Part shown: in pieces, positions 1 through 12,200 of the stretch
How the letters are laid out: every line of letters begins with the position of its first letter
How positions within the stretch are numbered: position 1 is the first letter of the stretch
Assembly (NCBI GenBank): GCA_002633005.1
Contig: NMRA01000058.1
Span: 696,735-760,734, forward strand
Length of the DNA stretch: 64,000 bases
DNA from: Phoronis australis
Taxonomy: Eukaryota > Animalia > Phoronida
Reading direction: 5' to 3'
Notes under the pieces: generated by a model
What the model was told of the DNA's origin: nothing
What the model saw: only the letters and a program-made list of their open reading frames with translations
Database searches by the model: none
Program-made: the position numbers and the translations under genes

Positions 1-338
1 CATGTTGACCTTTACCTGTGCACCGAATTTGAAAAAGATAGCTTTAAAACTGAAGGAGGAGTAGCATTTTGAAAATTATATGACCTTTGCACCAAATGAC
101 CCCTTCCGGTGCAATATGGAATATGATTATATAATCAATCAAAATTTATATACTATCAAAGGTCATATGCTGAATTTAAAGACCGTACCTGCACCCAATT
201 TGGAGTTATTAAGCCTCAAAGTTGATCGGAAGAAGAATAAGAAGAATAAGAATAAGAATAAGAAGAATAAGAATAAGAATAAAATTGAAGAAAACCCAGG
301 AACAACAGTACTCTGCGCTTACACGCGCAGAGTAATTA
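1..338 (-). mobile_element. End of a Helentron-associated (HINE/DINE-1-like) element with (AAGAAT)n microsatellite
   Basis: Hairpin TACTCTGCGC-6nt-GCGCAGAGTA (309-334) next to a TT-rich end, followed inward by the microsatellite (229-282) and TGACCTTT-type core repeats. Confidence 0.55.
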
Positions 339-3039
339 ACATTTTGTTTTACTTACATTTTATAACGTGGTCCAACTGTCTGATTTTAATAAGTTGAATT
401 CTACTAAGAATAACTAAGATTAAATTGTAAACGGTAACCATAATTTTTCTGCAAATATTTTTGAAATTGAAAATGTCCAATGCATCTAGTTTAAATCACT
501 TAATTTTGAAGCTGCCTTTGTAATATTTAATTGTTTTAAGGTTCTTAGGTGTGAGGTAATTTTATCTTCTGCAATTTTAGAAAGCAAAAATATGACCTAA
601 AGTTATTTTTATTGGCTGAAAAATTGTAATTTCATGGTCGGATGTGATAGACGTACGTGACCGACGTACAAATTTGTCAAAGGTCTGTCACGCAATTTCT
701 GTCTTAACGAATAATCCCTGGGATCTAAAATTTTGGTCAATAGTATTGAGTAACAAGTTAGAAGAGAATCTGAAATTATTTTAATTTGATTGAAAACGTT
801 TAACGTAACTAAACTTTTTAGCACTTTTTGTGACGGACCATAATATCCAGAAGTTGGCCTTTGATCCCAAGAGGTCGAGGATGTGGCAAAGTTGAAATGT
901 TCTTTTTAAAAAGTTTGGTGTTCGTGTGATAGTCCAAATTTGATAATATAGTGAAATACACTTAATTGGCTTATTTAAGACAATAATTACCGGCACACAT
1001 GAAAATAGAGCTAATTTTTAGAGTCAAGTGACCTCCAAAAATGGGTCTATTTAGGCAAAAAATTGAAAGTTATAGGATGGTCAAATATAGATCCTGAAAC
1101 TGGAGAGAATGGGCTATCAGATGAGACCAGAACTGCTAGTTTACCCGCAATATTATTTTTTTTTGTCTCGAGGTTGACCTTTTCACGGAATTGCCCCTAA
1201 GCAAACGGTTAGTTTTTCGTGTCTATTCTAGGTATCTGACACTTAAACGATAGATAGGTTCGGACGAAAGAATACCCGAATTGTGTTACAGGGCAGTAAG
1301 ATATTTAAAAACAAAAAATGGCCAATATGAATTATTCACCAATCCATCCCAGACACTATTTTTATCTTTACATGTACGACGGGTATTTTGACGAGTTTGT
1401 TCAGTGCATGGTGATAAGAGATACAGGAGTTGAAGTTCGTGAAATCATCGGTTGACTTCTATCACACTGGGTTTGAGACTATTTCATCTGTTACGAAAAT
1501 TATTATGCAATATTTGATTAACGTGATGGGAAATATGGATACTGTGAATAACTTAGAAGTCCGTCTTGGCGAGGAAATTAATTTTGTATTCAAATTTCAA
1601 GACATCGAAAAGTCGATGAAACCAAACTATTAATTTTGTGTCACAGCCAGCTTGAATATTTTTTATCCTTCATGTCATTTTTTCAAATATTGAGAAAACC
1701 CGAAACTTTTCATAGATAACCTTGCAGTGCTTCAGCTAAAAAGTTACGGTAACAGGCTAACATTTGAATGAGTACATGGAAATTGCTTTTTGTAAGTGAT
1801 ATATTTGCACAAAGTTTGTAGAGTTATCGGTCGTAGGTTAACTAGTTTTGGGGATGTTCATTAATGTATGTTTTGGAAAAAAAACAGTGAGCCCAGTAAC
1901 GTTTTGAACTTGTTGTGGTTCACCTAATACAGCATTCAGTCGGTGGTACACAAGGAATGCATTGATCAAAAGTTGATAACACTGCGGGCACTCATGGGAT
2001 GTTGTCGTTTTGCGTTATTCTAAATTTTCATTTCGCCCTAGAATCACTTGGTAATATGAAAGTTCGAACGTATTCCTAATACTGACATAGTAAATAGAAA
2101 GTTATAATTTGCCCGTCCTATACAAGGTGGCGTAGCCAATGTAAATATTCCTTAAGAGGGGGGGCTCACATTCGACTCATAACGCTAAATTGTCGTGAGA
2201 GACCGTCCGTTGTCGAGCAGGCGGAGTCAAAATTCGACCCGAAATGCCGCACGTTGTCAGTCTGGCAACTTAAGCAATAGTAATTGTATAGTTAGTGTTT
2301 TATGGACGAAAAAGCAAATTAAAATAACGTTGCATTAGCATACTAAAAAAGTATACCGGTCATCGAGATAGATCAGCGCCATCACACGGCCGCGCCCAGG
2401 TGAGGCCCAGGCGAGGCCCAGGCCTATGGCATTTGGCCGGCTACTCAGTTCTATCCCCAATATCACTTAGTGGGCTAAGCCGGCTATAACTTTATCGAAT
2501 CGTTTGCTTTTATGCTATATAATTCTCGTCTCAATCATCCACCTCCACAAATAATTTACTGACCACAAAAGCNATAGTTAGTGTTTTATGGACGAAAAAG
2601 CAAATTAAAATAACGTTGCATTAGCATACTAAAAAAGTATACCGGTCATCGAGATAGATCAGCGCCATCACACGGCCGCGCCCAGGTGAGGCCCAGGCCT
2701 ATGGCATTTGGCCGGCTACTCAGTTCTATCCCCAATATCACTTAGTGGGCTAAGCCGGCTATAACTTTATCGAATCGTTTGCTTTTATGCTATATATTTC
2801 TCGTCTCAATCATCCACCTCCACAAATAATTTACTGACCACAAAAGCACTCAGTTCCACTAGCTCACATTCCAAATGCTTTTTTAGTCTTAAAAGACTAA
2901 GAAATATCACCACAAAACGTGGCAGGAACTAGCTCGTCACCCACATTTCTTCAGCCCGATTTGAAATTCGTCTTCCCGAGGAAGAACTAGAATTAAAGAT
3001 TTTTTGAATATCTGGTAGAATCTACTGAGAGTACGTGTA

Positions 3040-3262
3040 ATCTATGCGGCGCCTACATCAGCGAGCAAAGCGACGCGCTTGGCAAGACAGAAAATATATA
3101 CCCACGTGATCGCTAAAACCCAATCGCAATGCCAGCCTTTCCTACTTCCGTAAATGGCGGCGGAGGTTGTTGCTTTCCTGTGAAGTTTTGGAAAAGTTCC
3201 GAACTTCTGCAAACTTTGTGTAGTTAATGGGCAAAATAGACCAAATTGTGTCAGCTTGAAAA
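3040..3262 (+). promoter_or_regulatory. CpG-rich promoter/5' leader of exon 1
   Basis: CACGTG E-box (~3102), ACTTCCG ETS-type motif (~3144) and AAATGGCGG YY1-type motif (3152-3160), clustered just upstream of exon 1. Confidence 0.55.
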
Positions 3263-3295
3263 ATGGTATTCCATTCTCCCCAGTTACTAGACGAG
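3263..3295 (+). CDS. ANKRD28: Putative coding exon 1 ([11 protein letters not shown])
   Basis: AAAATGG start and strong GAG|GTAAGT donor, phase 0, matching the exon-2 acceptor. Length and ending (LLDE|PSLVQ) parallel the vertebrate LRDQ|PSLVQ. Lies in a CpG-rich promoter-like region. Confidence 0.65.
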
Positions 3296-6200
3296 GTAAG
3301 TTTTTAAAAAATATTTTTATTGCGAAAATTGCTCGAATTAAAAAAGAACAATCCTGTCTGAGTGCCGCCTAGTGGCAGTGCTCCTAGTCCGTGGCACAAT
3401 TATCAGTCGCTCAACTCGACACTATAATCGCTGTGATGAAGATCGATCAGAAAATTTTAATGTACGAGGTCACAGTTTGCAAAGGTTACACCCAGGGATT
3501 TAGCTGGGAGAAACTAATTGGCTGTCCCTTGGCTTTGATGGGTACAGCTTCATGCCTAGCCTCGAGATGGCGTCATTTCGACTCGAGGCTTGGGACGAGG
3601 CTGTGTAGGGGTAAAACTAGGTGACGGCAGATATAACTTAACTCAAACTGCTTTGTCATCAGCTTGGCCACTAGTTTTCAAACCTTAAGAGCCCAGACTA
3701 AAAGTTAGGGGCCAGATTTTTTAAGGATAGTTACGACAATACATGCCTAACATGATAAGGAACAGATGGAATCACTCTTTAAAATAAATCTAAGAATGTA
3801 CGTCAATTGACGGTTGTACTTAAAATGATATAGTTTCCAATAAACATAAAGAAATGAGATTTGTGCAAGGAAGCAGATAACTTAATAGTAAGTTTGTGGG
3901 CACCATGCAGTGAGCAGAGTGGTTCTTTCAAAAAATTTTAATTTTCATGTGGAAGAATTCAAACAAAGATCATTGATTTTGTGACATGCTAATTTGGCCA
4001 ATTCTAAAAAATTCTTCTGTTTCAAAAATGGTTGTATGGTAGTACAAAATACATAAAAAAATACCTTGTTACATTCAGCTTTAATCATAGTTCGATGTCA
4101 CGATCTCAGTCAGGTGTCAAGAGATGATCACCCTTTCAAGGATTTCCTGCAACAGAGTTGTAATGAAATCAAAGAAGTTGGGATATATGTGCTTAAATCT
4201 TGACTCAAAACATAAGTAAATATTGTCAAAGAATGAAAGCAGGACATATAATGATAACAAAAAATGTCAATATTTCTGTGCATACTTCAGTCAAAATATG
4301 TCAGCCACAGCCCACTGATAAAATGGAGGTTGGTCATGCTTAGTGAAACATTTCAGTTTCCTGCATTAGAATTTTATTGAAAATAAGCAAACTAAGACAT
4401 TGTCTCTTCTTTCTGGTCACAAAATTCGTCAGAAGCATACCACCTCATACTCAGAAAATGTCACTTTGAATTAACATAACCTTGCCGTGAACTCAGTGAC
4501 GACTAATAACCAGATGATTTGGATGGGAAATGACGCAAAATTCAAAACCAATAAGTGCCATATTTCCATGAGTATCAAATGGCTAAAATTTGTGGGTTTT
4601 TGTCAAGGCCTCTCTGTACAACGCACCTACATCGAAGTATGGTTCTTCACCGCTATAGGTATGACCATCGATCTATATGCGTAGGCTTACGTAAATTCGT
4701 TTCAATATCGATTAACTCATGAAATCCAATGTCACTGGAAAGATTTTTTAAGACACTAACAGATGATTATTGTATAGACTGTGACAGAAAAACATTTCTA
4801 GTGTCTCTTCTTCCTGATAGTTTAGGACTGTTAATAATATGATGTAGCGTGTGGGTCTAAGTTATGCTTTACTGGAAAATGGTCCATTTCATGCCATGTT
4901 TCCTGTCCTGGTGTCGGTAAGTGAATGACCTGTTCCCGGTAAAGGTGTTTTGAAATGATCAGGCAGACTTGTTTTCTTTACAATACTTTTGATATTTGCT
5001 ATTATTGCTAAATATAAAGCTAGGTCGCCAGTTGAACAACAGAACTGGTGAATTTTGGCATCCAACTCCTTACTTACATTGCTGGGTGACCGCTAAGGTA
5101 TAACTTTGGATGGCATTGCTTCAGACTAATCAAGCATGTGCGCTGGAAGATTTTTAGCAAATTAAGGTTAACGACTCTGTTAAGAAAGTTACATAACTAC
5201 TATATGTACCTATCAAATGTTGAAGGATATCGTTGAGGGGAAGCTGTGCCCGGTTGCATGAAACAGTCCCAAATAGGGATTTAAGGAACTTAGTTGAGTC
5301 TCTATTTGGGAGTATTTCATGTAACCGGGCACTGGGGTCTTTAAATTCATTCCAATCAGTCAAATAGGGTGCCACGCAATCAGCATATTTTTGGACAGTC
5401 CTTCAATTAGTTATCCAAATCGGCAACTGAGCCATTTCTGTTTTTGTTGCATCACTGTGCATGTCTATAGCATGTAAATTGTTAAATCACATACAGGTTG
5501 ACCTCCATGACCTCGAGAGTAAGCCAATCACTAACGCACTATGCTGATGATCCACCAAAGTTTGTTAGTGTTTGAAAGTTTGCTGCCAGGATCATACCTC
5601 TAATACTTAGACAAAATGCCATCATTGATGAATGAAGAGACGTATTGGTGCACGCACTCAATTACGGGGGATTTACGGTGTATACATGGGTACAATGATA
5701 TGGTTTGCAAAGACGAGATGCCAAAGGTTTTACAAGGAACAATAAAAGAAAACTAGTGTGTGGGAAAAACTTGACATCTGCTAAAACAAGTCGATATTCA
5801 TTTGTTTGGTTGGTTTGAATTGATTCATTATTTGGTGTCTTTCTGCCCATCCTTAAATGAAGTTATTTGTCAGTAAGTTTGAGTGAATGAAGACTTGTAT
5901 TAAAATGGGATGTTTCGTGTCTTGAATTTGATATGGTATGACAGCACCTCGTAATATTGTTAATCCCTTTTTGAAATGCACAATCAAATGTGGTGTTCCA
6001 ATGCCTCGCACGTAGCACATTAAGGTCACATGAATTAGTCATTTAGTTTGGTCGTGCTTGCAAAATGTACAACTGTAATAAAATGCTCAAGCGGACAATC
6101 TTCCACTCTTCATAAAAAAATTGACCCTTTGCATGTATTTTGCAAATTGGGAACCAGTTTTGTTCATGATTATGATTTTGCGGTGACCGAGTTGTCCGCG

Positions 6201-9200
6201 TATGTCAGTCTTATACCTGGATTAAAGAAAGTCTGCTAAGTAATCGAAGATATTTAGTAAAATTTTCACAGTTGCCACTGTATCATTAAAAATCTTAGTA
6301 GTTGGACACTACACCGTTATGAGCTGTGGTAATCAAGTTGTTGACGTCATGGCGCTTAGAGCAGTGTGCATGTGTACATTTAAAATTGGGCCAACATGCT
6401 CAGTTACTCTACGTAATGAACCATTGTGGCAGCATCGGAATATTGTGATAAGAGGTTGCATCCATTACGATGCGTCATTATCACCCGGTTTAAGCCGAAA
6501 AGATTTTGCAGAAAGAATTAACCGTCATGACGCGGAAATGGTATTTTTCTGTTTCCTTTTCACTTGTATTGTCTTTCAACACGCGATAGTGTAATTGTTC
6601 TTTCATGCATTCAGCAAAAGTAAGTAAATACGTCATAGAAGTGTCATGGTAAACAGCTCTTCCCCTGCTCAAGTTTACATCAAGAGCGTCTAATACAGGC
6701 AATAAACAGTTCACCTGCAAAACATTTCCCAGTACCACAATTTGATTCAAGTATTGCAACTGATCAGCCAATATGTAATTACCTTACGTATTGGCAGGTG
6801 ATTTAGAAAGACTTTATTCAGCTTCAAGTCACACCCAGAACCTGCAATTTGCAACATTTTTTGCAAGGGGGTGCCAGTTTATTCATAAACTTATGAATTT
6901 GCTTTGAATAAAAGCAGAACCTAGCAGTATTCACAACTAAAAATCCAAATATTTCGGAGGGCAATTCAAACATGTTGCATGTCGCAACAACCAAGTTGTG
7001 GTGACATATTGAAATGGCAGGCCGTGGGGAACATTGCACAGCATTTGTTTAATATTATTTGCCACTATGTCGTCAATTTGCCATTGTTGTGCGGTGGGAT
7101 ATTCTAACAGTTCACACAAATATCTAATGAAATTTCGGTGAATGAAATATTTGCATTTTGTCCCCATCAACTCCACCTATCTTGCTCATTAAGATTAGAA
7201 ATTGGATCAAACCAAAGGTAAATATTTTGTTCTCTCACCGAGCTGAAGAGTTCTTTGTAGAATGCTTTATTGTATGTGATGTCTTCATTCTTAACCAGGT
7301 TAGCTGTTCCAGTCTGTTCACAAGTATAAAAAGTATGAAAGGGTAAGAGTGAAACTTGGGAAAGTGTGACGAGAAATTATTACAATTATTGATACCTCAT
7401 GGTGTTGATGATTATCAATAACATCTTAGCAGATTACTTTTTGAAGTCAGGAGTATTTACAACAAGTGGACATGATTCAGTAAGCAATTTCATTCGACTG
7501 GAGATTGGCAAAGCAGAGAGAGTTATCTATTCACAGTTGATATGTTCGTGCCTTTTTAGTTAACGTTTTCGACCATCGGATACTGCGGTCTTTCTCAAAC
7601 TGAATGGAACTAGTATGTGACATCATGAATGACATCACGAGAGCGATGATGTGTGCCCTCCATGGTCGTTCTCCTTAGCAGCGCAGTGTATGTGGGGTCT
7701 ATTGGAACTGGCCACAGTCTCTATTCATATACTGGTTGCCACTTTTCTTGACTTAAACAGACTCCCTTATCCATGTAGAAAACTTGACAGTGTTGCTATC
7801 ATTATCTAAAATAGCTGACTTCTCCCTGTCAGTCATATGATTGTTCTAAAGAGCAGGGTCTGTGATAGTAGACTTGTGTTAAGTAGATTCTGATGCTGCC
7901 CATTTTGAGTGTGAGTGAACGGTCAGACCGATTTAGACTCGATATCTTTCTGATGTTCAGAGAGGCATGTGCCCAGTGTCCTGCCGGTTTCACTAATATA
8001 TACTGCGTTAAGCTAGTACACGGGTCTTTGTAAACTACGCTGGTACAATCTAAGGTGTTCCTTTTGTCCTTCGGGTGTACAAGAATGTTCCTGAGGGTCT
8101 AGATAGGTTTCACAACATACAGTGGATATATTGTATGATCTCAAAACATGTTGATATTCCTCTGTGATGCCTTTAACCTATGGGAGCACGACAGTATGGG
8201 AGCACAATGGATTTATCCCTCTTGTCCCGCCTATTTACCAAGATGTCAACAGATGACAATGAGTTTCAGACTAATCGGACTATACGAAGCTCAAAGCTGT
8301 GCCCCTAGTTGCAATTGATTTTTTATGTTTGCGTCTGTATCTTCGGAGTGCCTTGGCTTATTTTCATGAAATTTGGCAAATAGTTGCATATTACAGAGAT
8401 GACACAACCTTCTCAATTTGGACTGATTTGACACATTTTTCGCCATCTAAGGCACATTTTTTATACTAAAACACCCATGCAGAAGCATACTCTGCGGTAC
8501 TGTCGTGGGTGCAGTTCAGCGCTCTGTGTTGCTTTTGCTTTTTTATTTCATTAGTTACAAAAATGTTATTTGGAATTTTATTTTCAATTTAAGGATTTTT
8601 AGCTTGAGAACTACTGTGATTAAGATGTCAGCATTTTGTGAAAAACATGTTTCTTTGACTGTGGAGTTCCCGGAATTTATAGGCCTTGGCAAAAAATCCA
8701 AGACAATTGTATTTAGCTAAATCAACTAACGGCATAATTTGTAAGTTTTGTAGGAAAAAATGTTAAATTGCAGGGCTCGACATAACGAGCTGCAGGTCGC
8801 ATTTGCGACCTGAAATTTGGAAATGCGAGCTTGGATTTTTGTCAGCTCGTATCAAGTCGCAAAATGCGACCTGGAATTTCCAACGAATGCGAGCTGAGTT
8901 TTTGCACTTCTCAACAGATACCTGGCAAATACCAAGCAGCTCTTGTTAATCCGACCGTTATTTGCATGGTTGTTGCCAAATCCAAGTTCAAAAGAACACT
9001 AACCGAAAACTGCCCTCCCGATGACTTGTAAGCAAGTCGCGTGAACATGGGATATGCAGAATCGANGAAAATGCGACCTGAGATTTTGGCTAGGTCGCAA
9101 AATGCGACCTGGCGATTTTAATAGCGTCGAGCCCTGAATTGATGAAATGAAAAAATTGTTGGTCAAAGCCATAGACACCACCTTATGATAATTTCTATGG

Positions 9201-12200
9201 TCCAAGCATTTGCCATTTTGTTGTGTTTTAGTATAAAATTATGTCACGTGACCATTGGTCATTAAAAGGTCACCACTAGTTGCAGCGAGGCGTACATCAG
9301 GGTAGAATAGCAAAACTGAGTGGAACCAGCGGCGAGAAAGTAGAACATGTGCAACTGATAGCAACTGAGCAATCAGCTGTACGCCGTCAATGGTAAGAAG
9401 ATGCACAACGGCCAAACTCGCAAACCGATCAGTTTCCGTCAGTTGCACTCAGTTGTCGGTAACCAGTTTACTACTGGTTGTGTTCAGTTTTAAGGCTGAT
9501 GTACGGTAGGCTTTAAGAATTGTTTTTAAAATGTTCCACTTTGGCATAATGGGCTACCAAAAATGAGGCTTCTATAATTCTCATGAAAAAACTCTGAAGT
9601 TGAATGTATAAATTAAAGCAAAATTACATTTTATAACTGTAACAGTGTTTTTGAGATCTCGTCTTGAATAACTTAATCATTAAAATTTGATCATGTTATT
9701 GTTGCTGACACTTCTTTTGCTAGTTTGCTAAATTCGCATACTTGTCAATAAGCCCCTACATAACCTTAAAGATGTATTTGCATGCTCCTAGCAATGCTAA
9801 ATATACAGCAGGAACGAAACGACATTGATGCTATTTGAAAATAGTCTATGCTAAAAAAAGTGCAGTTTTATTCGTTGACAATTTGTAAATGTGAAAACAA
9901 AAATTCTGCACTCATGACGTACCTAAGCTCGCGGGCTCATACAGACCGCATCATGCATTGTTGTTACCCGACACCACGTTGTGATACTTACTGGATCCAG
10001 TTCAGTTATTTTTGGCGGATCATTTTCCCTACAAAACTCGTTCTTAAAAACATTTGGAAATTTTCAACCTACTTCATATTCACATCTTCGTAATATGTTG
10101 TGTTTCTAATTAATTTGCCCAAGCAATTACAGAGATACGATAAATAAACCTGCAAGTTCCACTTTATCTTTGAAGTATGGCATACTTTGGTATTTAATTT
10201 CATTCTGTTATTTGTTGTTTCTCTACTCTACAAATCATGGTTCCTGTCTCTTATGGTACCGTGCTGGTAGCCTCGGAAGTCACATGACTTGTTTTCATTT
10301 GCTGGAACTTGGATGACTAATTAACCTTCTGTTTTCTGAAGTTACACTTCAGCTGTCCATACACAAATCATTTCCTGTTTAGTGAACTTTGTTTTTATAT
10401 CACATCAGGCCAGAAGTGAAAAATAGTCTGTTGTTTTCTAGCATGTTGGTTTAAGTTATATGACAAAAGTGATAACCACATTATCAAATGGGAACACAAC
10501 AAACAATATTGTCATGTCTAGTGCTTGTTTCATTCTAACGATAATTACCTAACTTCTTCATTACCAGTGGCAATAACACGCTTTACGATAAATACTTGTA
10601 TTTGATCACCATTCTGATCAACACTATCCAATTGATCTGCCAGTGTTTTGTTTTTTCTTGACGTTTAACATATTTTCAGCAAGTTGGAGGCATTACTTTC
10701 TTGAGATAGGAAAACCAAATTAAAAATCCTCTCCGTTCATTTAGCAAGTGAAAATGTTGCTAGTAACTAGGTGGTCTCTTATGAAAAATTATTTCTCCTC
10801 GGTCTAAACTTATCCTAAAGCATTCAACATTCACACAGAGGTAAAGCCTGTCCCATATGTTACCTTGTCCTGCATTACAATAGGGTCGTCCCGGATTACA
10901 TGCCGATAGAACTCTCCTGTGTCCCGGAGATAAGAAAGTGCGTGACCTTGTTTTGGAAATCAGGCACATTTTTGTGGTTTTCATTTTTGTCAGGAAGGTG
11001 AAGAATTTCAGATTACACATCCATGAATATTTGTCCAATTTATCACACTTTCTCACGTCGAAGGGACAACCCGCACCATAGCTGTAATACTTCGTTGGCA
11101 CTGGAAGGACAAGACGAATTAGAGTAATGCAACCGAGAAAAACTTCTCAAGAATCGAACAACAAGAAATAACGTGTAAGTCCAATGGCACGAAAACGAGG
11201 CAGCAAATGTGCCTGACGCATGTTTACGGCATTGTGGGTAAATACTGCGAGATTCTTGTGTCGTGTAATCCGGGACAGTCTTATTTGTATGGTTGCGACA
11301 AGTATTCCTTTACAACGATATCTCACATCCTGGGCCAGTGACTACCAAACTTTGCTGGAGATTCCACTGAATAAATGACCTATCAGCCGAGGTCACATGA
11401 AATTAGAAAAAAATACTAGAAGCGTCTCTCTATGATTACTCGTTTCATCAGTTGTCTGTAAGGTGAGAATGAACTTTTACTTGTACAAATATTGTAATAG
11501 AAAGTTCAATGTCTTTGTGGACGTTGAAAACATGCACTCAATGAATGTTTTATGACATTTGAAGTTTTGATGTTATGCCCTCAAACTTTGATAATCAGTT
11601 TGCACGTTAGAATTGTGACAGGCTTTTGCCAGTTTGATGCGTCGTTGTCACTCTCAAGCATGTTTTTGAAGTCCCAATGTGTAAGCTGTTGCCCTGGCTT
11701 ACCAATAATGTAGGCAAGCTGCGATCTCAGTTCAGAGCCACAAGCAACCTTCACTTTAATAACACCTTTTAGTTTTCGCAGAGCAGCATAGCTTGCAATT
11801 GTGTTAACCTCTAAGATTCTACTTGTCTATTACTGCCATTTCCGTTTTACGGTGCAAGAAATGTGTTATGTTGCCGCTTTTCTTCTCGTCTCAGAATGCT
11901 TTGACTTTACCTTTCAGTTTTACATTGAGCAAGATCAGATCTTTATGCCTAATTGACCATAGGAGACAGTTTATGACTCCTCAACGATGTTAATCAATAT
12001 TTGGCTAATTAGTGTCCATAGGATGAAGTAGCATTCGTTGTTGCTACCGTGGCATTACAATGATGAATTTATGTATTTTATTCGAAATGATGATGGCAGT
12101 AACTAATACGTATTAAACTAAGACATTACTGTAGTGTTGCGTGTCGGATATCGTTTCTTTAAGTCATCCTGTTTATTTTGCAAGTGTTGACTTATCCCAG

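Noticed and set aside
80-397. 105-aa ORF with a KNKNK run
   Set aside because: Translation of the (AAGAAT)n microsatellite in a repeat element
4400-5450. Possible LINE reverse-transcriptase relic ([11 protein letters not shown] on the minus strand)
   Set aside because: Only one weak motif; no ordered RT motifs could be confirmed by eye
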